64,000 bases of DNA from assembly GCF_964204865.1 (NCBI RefSeq), contig NC_135258.1:11036001-11100000 (forward strand), read 5' to 3'. This DNA comes from Styela clava. Lineage: Eukaryota. Position numbers and translations under genes: made by a program. The notes under the pieces were generated by a model that saw only the letters and a program-made list of their open reading frames with translations, made no database searches and had not been told where the DNA came from. Shown here in pieces: positions 53,587 through 64,000 of the stretch (position 1 is its first letter; each line of letters begins with the position of its first letter).

Positions 53587-55153
53587 CAGGGGTCACCAAA
53601 CTTTTCTGACCGCGGGCCGGGTATGACTCAAACTGTGTTGAAACGGGCCGGATGAATATTCTTGTCAATGCAATATAATAAATTTGGGAACAAAAGTTGG
53701 GAAATCCATTCAACAATACATCTTCTACATTTCTGAAGACTTGATTCAAATTCTATCTATATCGCAATCAGGAACATCCTAGGAAAACAAATATGAAAGA
53801 TTTCAATATCTAAACAACTATCCTGAGTTTAGCTGGTATCAAAACGTTTCTGTCGTGAATTAGGAATTTTCAAAATCCGCATTTTCGCGCCAAAAAATGT
53901 ACGCATCATGTCTGCTAAGTACCGTTATGCAGTGTTAGAAAACCGCTCATAAAAACGACTACGGACTGCTTGCTGTAGCTTAGAATTCCATGAAATTTTG
54001 ACATAATTTAGATAAAATAAACATCTATTATCTGGTATTTGATTTTTTTCATTAGCGCATAAATTTCCCAACATTCGACGCTTCCCAAAATTACGCTCCA
54101 GTTATATGTAGTGCAAATTAATGATATTGTCTATGGACACCAATAACTTTTATATATATGTACGTGTGAATTTCCTTCCTAATTTGATACTTACCAATTT
54201 TTATGAAGTTTGCACAATCAGAACATCGTTAAATAGTACTCACAATGAACCACTGTCAAACTATCATGCACAAAAACTCCAGCGTTTATTTGTGACGATC
54301 TTTCGGCGGTGTCAATGACCGTTGCCAGAATAAAATCCAGAAATAGTCTCAATATTCCATAGATGTGACGCACATCGAAATATTAGTGAATAATATGTGT
54401 TCTTTTTTCCTATTTATTACAATTCTTATCAAAAAGTAATACAATCCTTATGGAAAAAATTGGCCTGTCGGGTGGTACTAAAGTTCCGATATTTCCGTTA
54501 TTACTTGACCGTTTTTTATAAACTTGGTATTGTTTTCTATTTTCACTCAGATCTATCCACTGACGCAGTTTTTATTTATATCGGAGTTAGTGTGACTTGT
54601 GAAATTGGAGCAGTACGCGAGGGATTACAGTACTGTTAGCGCAAAATGCACATTCGATGTTTATTTTAGCACAAGAAACGTAAACAGTTTCGTCGAAAGC
54701 ACGCGCTACGAGTGTACAAGTGCATTTTTCTCAGAAAACGTTGCGTACCGGTAAAGAATTTTAGCTTATTATGTCACAGCTATTCCTAGACTAATTTTTC
54801 CTTACTACTATTAAAACTACAACTCCTAAGGACGCAAATGATGATTGACTTATTTGATTCATACTTAAATTTCCGAAACACAACCAAAAACTAACGAATA
54901 GCATTTAAAGTCGCAAAAACGAAATATTGTTTACAACCACGACTGAAAATCTATCAGGGTGAAAAAAGTGTCCGAGCGGAAGCGAAAAGACCTATTAATA
55001 CGTCACGTTTTTGCATCTTGCTGATTGGCCAATGTTACGAATTAAACAAGGAAGACGATGCACGGGAAAATCTCCCTTGGAAACATATTTAGCAATTTTT
55101 GCGTGTTATTGCGGGCCGGATCCGGCCCGCGGGCCGTAGTTTGGTGACCCCTG
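53587..55153. mobile_element. Non-autonomous hAT-Charlie DNA transposon, 1567 bp
   Basis: Perfect TIRs CAGGGGTCACCAAACT / AGTTTGGTGACCCCTG; perfect 8-bp TSD GTCTAACG; subterminal GCGGGCCG repeats; no transposase ORF seen. Confidence 0.92.
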
Positions 55154-55667
55154 GTCTAACGTATCAAAAACATGTTTGGTATTACGATTTATTCATAATA
55201 TACCTTGAAATATATCTAGGGTCACATGGGAATGACTAATCCATATCGATGTGTAATGTTGAATATTAACACTTTTCTAAAACCCAAGATAGTTACAAAA
55301 TTAGTATCAATTATATTACAACATTGTGGTAAGGATTATGCGTTTACATATGTGTGATTTCAAAATGTATGGTTCTGCGTTCAAAAATGATGCTCAAAAT
55401 TAATAATGTCAAACATTTCCCCAAATTCGTCTCAACTTTTGCTAGGACATCGCGATATCGCAAACATGCGCCGCCAGATGGTGTGAAAGTGTCATAATCT
55501 ACAAAATATTTCATCTTCTGCAGCTTCATAATTGTACTGTTTATCGGCCAGCATCACGATACCCGCCTTTTTGCATGAGCAAATCTGTACCGAAACAGAG
55601 CCATTGCAGAATTGTGTTTACTCCATTGAAATCTTCTGTTGTTAAAATGCTGTTATATTTTGAATAA

Positions 55668-55720
55668 AGTCTATAACATGTCAAGTTGATGATGTGATGA
55701 AGTCTATAACATGTCAAGTT
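55668..55720 (+). repeat. Short direct duplication
   Basis: AAGTCTATAACATGTCAAGTT occurs twice, 32 bp apart. Confidence 0.8.
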
Positions 55721-58700
55721 AACATTCACACCTTTCACCAAATACTGGAGAGACTTCGTTGAGGAAAACATATGTTAATGATGACATATAAACTGAAGTT
55801 TGAAGCGTTATTCTCTACCCTACAAGATACTTAGTTTGTTGCTAACATAACATTTCGTAAATGTATCGCGCAAAAGTTTTTATTTTGCATTCCGGGTGGT
55901 GTATGATATATTTACGTGACATTTATAACTTTTAGATAACTGTTTGATCTGTCTCGATAAATATGAAAGTGATGCATTATTAGCTGGCTTTATTAGTTCA
56001 TAGTAGAGAATAAACTAAACACAAATGAAGGTTTTTCAATTGAAAATGAGTTGAAGGGTATTTTCAAGGCTCTTGTCTATCACCTAGTGCATTTTTATTC
56101 ACAAAGAAATCCCAAATTTCTACAACTTCAGTATATTTAGAAACTACGCCTCATTGCGGTTTTTTTTTTTTTGTGGTAAAATGACAGAAACGGAAATCGA
56201 CAAAATTAAACTTCAATCGGCATATTTTATTATAATCATGAACACTCATCATGAACATGGATTATAACTGCGACCAATGCTGCCCTTATATACATTTCTA
56301 TTGCTCTATTAAAAACAATGAAGGTTATTTTTGCCCATATGTTACTCTTATATTCCAAACATGAACCTCATCAACAAAACCTCGCTTCGCCTTAGGCAAA
56401 AGATTTATTATTGCTTGTAATTGCCCCAGATTCTTTCGGCTGATCGCTTTGCAGTTGATTTAATAATTCATTCAACTTCAAACCAGTCTTTATTTTACAA
56501 TAATTTATTTAATTGTATGGACTTCCTTCGTGATCTCACGCATTATGATCAATTCACTCAATCAGTCAAATCTCGTACTTAAGATCATAAATTTGCATCC
56601 AGAGATGCATTGAGATAAACAAAAGTCTTGATGTGTTCTTGTGTTTGGGACAATTGTTGAACTTTAACCTTCAGGTGCTTCCCGTTCCAGAAAGCAAGCA
56701 TCAACGAAGGTTGGTTATCCTTACTCGGCGAATATTATTTAAATGCATACTTCTCATTTATAAGTTGTAATAATAACGATATCAAATTCATAATAGATTT
56801 TTTACAATATAAATTCACCACTTAAAACTTCCACTTAGGGCAACCAATAAAACAAATACCATGGTTTAGGGTGTAGACGATATGTTAATCGTTGGTTTAG
56901 ACCTAAGCTATACAATAACATATAATTTGTCTCGTAGACTTTCAATTAGGATTGCTGGGGTTTGAATTTTGAACTTCTCCTTTTTATTATCGATTGTTAC
57001 ATCAATATTAGGCCAAATTTAGCTTTCCCGACGCCCGACATTTATCGAGTTATTCATGTTTCAAATTATGGCAACTATCATATTGTGAAACACATATCGA
57101 TTGCAAGCTTCATTTGAATCATTAATGATTTATATGATATATATATGATACAACTATATTTTAAAAATGGGTAAATATTTTATACTGACAGTTTATCGAT
57201 ATTGCAACTCGTCAGTATTGGTGATATCAAATACTCACCAATGCCTTAATTCACAAAAATGTTTGAATAAGCTACCAAATGAATCTGTTGAAATTAAATT
57301 AGTTTAAATTAGAATAAGCGGTATCATCTGCGGTTGCTTGCTAGTCTCATACCGGTACCCTTCCCCTATTGGTTGAGTGCTCGGGATCTTGCTTTGAGCA
57401 AGCTTATATAAAGCTTGCAAGTACGTATTAACAACATATATTCATTGATTTATGTCATCAATGCAAGTATTGAGGCCACAAATCATGTTACATAAGTTAT
57501 GTTGTTATCATCCAATCTCACAAATTTATAAACAAAAAATCTGGTTTTCTGCTTAAAAAAGCAAAATATGGTAGGTGATTCTAAACCCAGTTCCACGTGT
57601 AAACTATTAAGTTCTGTTACATATTCATAGAAGTTTAAAAAATATGATACCAATAACAAGCACAAAATATCACAATCTTGTTTCTCAATTATTCTAACGT
57701 ACAGATATTTTAGTTTCCGAACATATGCTAGGTGATCGGATCCACCTAGCCTAAAAGCAAAATTGCATTTTGTAATTAGATCCATCCATTGGCAATATAG
57801 CAAAATGACTGTAAAGCTTAATTGAAATTCATAGTAATTGTTTTAAAGATTTTTTGAACACAGATGTAAAAACAACAGGATTCAAATGCACAAATGGTCC
57901 CAGGCTACGACAGGATGATGTCAATCGACAAAACTGTCCATTTGGAATGGAGAATATTAAAAAGTTATTACCGAATAACTCCTTTTAAAGGTCGAAATGG
58001 AATTTCCGGCGCTAAATATCATGACGTCATCATGGTGACCACTTAGAGAAACTCTAAGTTATGAATGAGTCGACGCAGCTCCCAAAATAAAAATACGTTC
58101 ACGCATCATGAAGAAGTCAACATGTCTTCCAGTTATGGATAAATATTACATTACAAATAACTCGTTCTCGATATAAAGCTTATTGCATTTATATAAATAT
58201 TAAATATATATATTCAAGGAATTACGGTAACATCGAAGTTGTTCGTACCGTGTGCTACGGTAAGGCAATACGTAGATGCCACAGGTAACCAAGTCAGACT
58301 GTAAGAGATTTAAAATATGTTTTCTTGCAACAAGTCGGAGTTTAACGATTAGTTTCTATCACTGATTAGATGAAGATTTTTGTTGAAGTTGGCGTGAATG
58401 TTTATTGTCGTGGTTAGTAGCATGCTTAAGCTGAAATAGTCAGAAGCAGCAACAATTTTCAGCTTTGGAAAGTTATTCAAACCTATGCCTTAATTATTCT
58501 CATTTGTTTGATTAGACTGTGTTAGGAAATTCGCACATTTAGAAAGTATTAGGTAAAATGATTGCTCAGACTGCCAAGGAGCCCAATAAAAACGATGAAA
58601 TCTGTACAGAAGTTCGTTGCTACGAACCAATGGTTATCCGAGGGTACGTAGAACATTTTGTAATTTTGAGGAAGCCTACCGGTATAACTTACTGTTCATG

Positions 58701-61700
58701 TATCTGTGCATTGCCCATACCCATGCCCATATTGGAATATGTTACATTCCTATCACTGTGAATATTATTTAAACCGAATATAATACCAAGTAAAAATAAA
58801 ACAATTCCAGTCTGATATCCACAAGACGGTTTGTACAGCTCTGTTCGCAGTACGCATAAACTAACTACACTGTCTTCAGATTGCTAGTTGCCACTCAAGC
58901 AGTCAGATTTCACAGCGTATTGGCTAAATGTAGTTGCCATATTTTCTACCAGCATATCCAAACAAATAATCGGAAATAAATAAATCAACAAAACTATATA
59001 AAGTATGCGATAATCAGAATAATTTCATTTTGAAGTAGTTCAATATAAATGAAAATCGTCAATGGTAGAAAAGAGATGACACAACCTTAAAACGATTAAA
59101 TTAATGGTCTAGTCTAGTTTCACCAATCGGACAGTAGCGTTTTACTCTCTGGGCGTTTGTCAAAAGTCCAATTTAAAACGATATAAAACGAGCCAAGAAT
59201 GCAATTACATTATAGACAAAAAAGAAATTTAAAAGCCAGGAACTTGTTTTCATCCGAGTTTGATGAACATACATCATGTTTCAGTTTCCGTTTTTCTAAT
59301 TTGATTACCACAAAGAGGGTTAGGCAGTTGGCTACTTATCGATTACCATGCGTTTGGCAGGGTTTTTAGTAGTCGAAACGATTGTTCTGGACATGCGATT
59401 TTTAGAGGGTTCTCTCAGACTTACCCTTTGTATCTTATATGTTAGATTAACCTTCATTTGAAACTCATAAGAGTAGAGAGAAATGCCACAATGCCGAGTA
59501 CGCTGTTATCCGGACAGGTAGAAAAAGAATAAAATGTAATCGCTATCTCTGGAGTTCAGTGAATTTCTAAACTCTTCGTCAAGATAACGAGACCTCTCAC
59601 TTACATTGGAATTCAATGTTTGATTCATCTTTATTTAAAACATCGTGGTGTTTGGTGTTCCATTACATTTTGAGTTCATTTTGAAGATGTTTTTTTCGTT
59701 CAACAAATTAGTGATGTAATTGAATTGTTGATGTTGTGAAATGATTTTATAATGCATGCAATGTTTTTGCATCCCAAGAACTGCAATTTTGGAAAAGATG
59801 ATTTTCGCTACCTAAGCGCTCAATATGTTAAAAGCTTCTCAATTAATTTGATATAAAAGCTAAAAATAATATTATAGATACTGGACGGCGCCGAATTCAG
59901 ACGGTAACTCCATTAATATTAATAATTAATGTTCATTGAATAAAAACAAACATGTTATCACGTAAAACCATGATTTATCGATATCAATATTTACACCATA
60001 TGTTGAATTTTATTCAGTTATGTTTTTTCTATTACCAAAGAGTCGGAACATAAACGGCTGATGATTATAAAATGCTTATAGAATTTACGTTCATTGCTTC
60101 GGAACGAGTTGGAGAATTAAGGGATAGTTAAACGTACATATGAATGGAATGCTTAGTAAATAAGGAAACGTTCTGCCCAGTGCATCGAATAAAAACTAAG
60201 TCGAATTAGTTCAGATCTAAATCTCTTTAAAAAGTTTAAAAAATATTCAGTTTGAAATATGTTGAATATTGCCATTTTGGAGTCAGTTGTTTGTTGGTGT
60301 TATAATTAGTGTCAAGCATATCAAAAAAAAAATTGAAGCATTTGTGAATGAGGCATACATGAAAGTCCATCTGGATTGTAAGTGAGTCGACCTGACTCTG
60401 GCACGCAAAATTTTGAATAGCAGACTGGATAAAAATTGGAACCATCGCTTAAATAAGACGTGTGTTTGAAGGTTGAGGATTTGGTTTCAACGTTGGGTTG
60501 CAGTGTTATAAAAACTTGTCAGCGAGATGTCGCAAGCTCCATTAAATTAAAAAAACACAAACGATTAAATTCGGCCCTACTGTAGGATATATTAAACGGG
60601 AATACAAGAATATATGCCAAACCGGGTTTAAACAACAAGTTAATATTTTCAACACTGTTTCAGAGTTAACCTTTTCATGTCGGTTCGGGAAACAAATCAG
60701 CTAAACGGGGCCGGAATCAGTCAAACGAGTTAATTATGAGTTTATATTTACAGTTAACAAGGAAATAAATGGTTGGGTTTTGTTTTTGTTATAATCCCAA
60801 CAGGATATGTATAGAAAATCGTGTAAAATCTAGATGAATTTTGCAGTTATTGTGTGTAGAATTTTATTAAATAATTTTTTCGAAATAGAATAAAACCATA
60901 ATGGTAGTTATAATTGAATAAATCATGTACGATTTTTCACTAAATAAATAGCAATGGTGTTCTAAATGTTGTACTTAAGTCTATATATTTACGCCTGTTT
61001 TGGGTCGAATTACACAAATATTAAAAGTAAACTATTGCATTGTTTGAAAACAAATTTGAAAGAAGTATATCAATACAAACCATAATGCCTGCGGAAATTA
61101 GTCAGTTACACTCATAAGGCCCTGTCTATTTTAATTCTTTGTGTTTGTTTCTTCATTCCATTGTACTGTGTGGATGTTTTCGTTAGTTTTGTTCACAAAC
61201 GATATGATATACAGATGGCTGTTTTGATATTGTCAGTAGTGACTGTGGAAAAACAGGAAATATTCTGTTTACATCCTTGTTTTCATTAATTAATCCAATT
61301 TTGTGAGGCGCGGTATTCACCGTCGCTTAATTGTTTTCCATACGGTAGTTTGCGACCGATCCAAATTTGCGTTTTGGGATATAACCTCCGCGTTTTCTGG
61401 TTCAAGTCAGATGCTGCAATTTAGTGAGTCTTGTGTGCATAAAGTTGCAGAGACCTTCCATTAAGGAAGTTATAGAACTAACAGTTTTTACCGATTTCTT
61501 TAGATTTACTCGCAGTTGCTATGTGGGAAATCCAGGCAATTATTTTTACAACAAGTTAAATGTTTCTTCAACACTTGCCAAATATTTAGTTATTCATTAG
61601 TGATTTTATTGGTAAAAAATATTAAATATTAAATGTTGTTTTAAATTATTGTATAAATACAGTTATTTGTTTTATTATTTTAAAACGATGTGCTGAACAA

Positions 61701-64000
61701 TAACGAATAATTAGCAATTTTTGCGTTGTTGGAAAATCGATATGCAGAAAAGAGCACATTAAATGAGCGATGTACCATACGTTTTTTTAGTTTATTGAAA
61801 CTCTCTGTAAATCGTATTTCAGCAGCAAAAACGCTTATTCAGTGGAAAGCAAATTAATGTTTCAAGATTATATATGCATATATATGCAAAATTTGTGGTA
61901 AGAATAATATTTTCATCATCTGTTTTACTAGAATTTCTGCTGCTTATGCGAAGAAGATATACAGATATATTTACAAAATCTTAGCTCTTGGCGATTCGTG
62001 ATTCAATTGTTCACATCACACGTATATCGCTACATATTGTTTAACAGTAAATCTAAGTTAAATATTGCAGTCACATTGTCGCAACTCGCGGTGACTAAAA
62101 TTTCTTTTTCGAAGAAAATTGGTTTATTAAACAACAAGCAGAGAAATTGCAAAAGTTAATGATGAAAAGATGTTCATATGGATATTTTTTTAATATTCTC
62201 AAAACACTTGCGCATTGCTCACCTTGGCCGAAAACTGTGTTAAATCATTTTACTATTGGATTATCGGTGATTATTGATTTTAGGCATTCGCTATTGATTA
62301 GCACATTTGCATGAGTTTGTAATTGTTAATGTCCGCTTTAATGTGAAAGACGAAGGTTTTGATAAATTACCCGTTCTAGCAGACGATTTTTTTCCATAGA
62401 TGTGATAAACTTCAGCTGGATTTCCGTTTTTATTTATTTTTTTTTTCAAGACTGTTTTGGGATGCTCCAGCTAAAGTTTGAGAATTTATCCAGTCTTGGA
62501 GAAGTTTTTCAAATATTTTTCTACGTTGGAAATTTTCCCAACGGCAGTCATTTTTTTTGTTATTTTGTGCTGTATTAGTTTTGAATATTCACGAAAGCGT
62601 GTACGAGCGTTACGTTTTGCCCCGAATATAAATGTAGCTATCCTCCATTCCTCCGAATCTATCTGAGTCATTGCATGTGTAAACAATAGGTATATGTAAT
62701 GTTGTTAGTTATATTTACCTAATTTTTTCAACTCATCAGCGTTTACTTCATTGATACAAATAAACTGGTTCGGATTGTATCCGGGAAATACCGACCCCTC
62801 GTACCTGTAAACGTACCCCTATGGCCTCGGTGTTCTTAAAGTAGGATTTGAAGCAGAAATCGCCAGCAGTGGAAATTCTTCTTTAAACTTGGTGCGTCAC
62901 GAATATGTTTCAACGTCGAAAAACTGAAACCTTGATTTGGGCCTATTGTCAAATGTTGCTTTCAGACCATGCGTATTCTGAGATTCGTTGAAATTAATTA
63001 CTTTAAAAAAGAATTTATAATAATTATTATTCACGTTTTTAAAAGTTTTATTGGAACCTGTGGTGCTTGGAAAATAGATAAGAATATTTATGGTTTGTGC
63101 GTTCTGATACTAAATTTCCGAGCCTCGTTCAACATGATTAATTTTTATTTAATATTAGATTATGTTCCCATTCCAATGACTCATAATATTATTTGTCAAA
63201 CAAATTTTACGATCAAATAATCATGTATCAAAATATTCAAATAACAATTATTGATTTTTGCATATATATCTGAGTTTATATCTGGCATAATTCCTATTTT
63301 ATTTTTGAATATACATTTTGAAAAGCACTGGATTTTATTATTGATCTGTAGAAAAAAAAATCACAAATGGTTAAAATCTTCTGACGTAGGTTCCCACGTC
63401 AATATACTAAATATTAATCATATTGTCTATTACTTTAAAAACTAATAATCGAGTCACGCATTTTTTCCAAATTTAATTTCGTTTGTAAAAACATCGACGA
63501 AAAGGACGAGGAACGAGGACGAGGATGAGAAAAATTCGTAAAAATACACTCACACTAACTATCAACTTTCCATGAGTCTTCAAGTCTTCTCTGGGTTGAA
63601 AAACAAAATATAAAATATGTTTCGTTTTTTTATATTTGTATTAATTTACCATTGTGATGGAAAATACAAAATAAGCAAAATCAACAATTTAAAAGTATAC
63701 CAACACTAATTTGGAACATAAAGGCATTTTACCAACTCGAAGTTTTTTGTATTCGAAACCTATCTCATGTATTGTTATGGCAATTTGCAAGCTAGATCGA
63801 ACTATTTTAAATCTATCTGAGCAGTCAAAACAGATGGCAAGTTGAGAATTTTTATGGTTATAAATGGCGCAAATGGATTTTCTAATGTCAAAAATCACAT
63901 CGGGATGTTTTCGTGGAACGAATTGCGTGACTAATTCAACGAGAACTGTAATTGAGTTCCGTGAATACGGCATAAATGGCAAAATATTGTATGCGAATAG

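Noticed and set aside
49300-64000. Numerous 60-106 aa ORFs here and in 19-43 kb
   Set aside because: F/I/L/K/N-biased composition typical of AT-rich non-coding DNA, many with non-ATG starts and no domains; small real exons cannot be excluded.

Overview
AT-rich animal genomic DNA with GT-AG introns; gene content and repeats suggest an invertebrate chordate such as an ascidian (inference only). (1) 1-18.5 kb: a tandem cluster of five copies of an unnamed 3-exon gene family encoding ~245-255 aa proteins. Two copies are intact (6114-7574 and 16610-18167, both minus), one runs off the window edge (2-271, plus) and two are pseudogenes. The spliced proteins look like divergent GNAT-fold N-acyltransferases, and every copy with a readable end finishes in -NKL, a PTS1-like peroxisomal signal. 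The cluster is full of transposons: hAT elements, a nested LINE, a probable Academ element and Helentron/HINE-like elements. (2) 18.5-43.4 kb: non-coding DNA with repeats. (3) 43.5-49.2 kb: a four-coding-exon beta-adrenergic-type GPCR (~695 aa) with a complete catecholamine pocket, a putative signal peptide, Gln at ionic-lock position 6.30, a long Ser-rich C-tail and a possible alternative terminal exon. (4) 49.3-64 kb: non-coding DNA with a 1.57-kb hAT element. All calls were made by eye; no searches were run.
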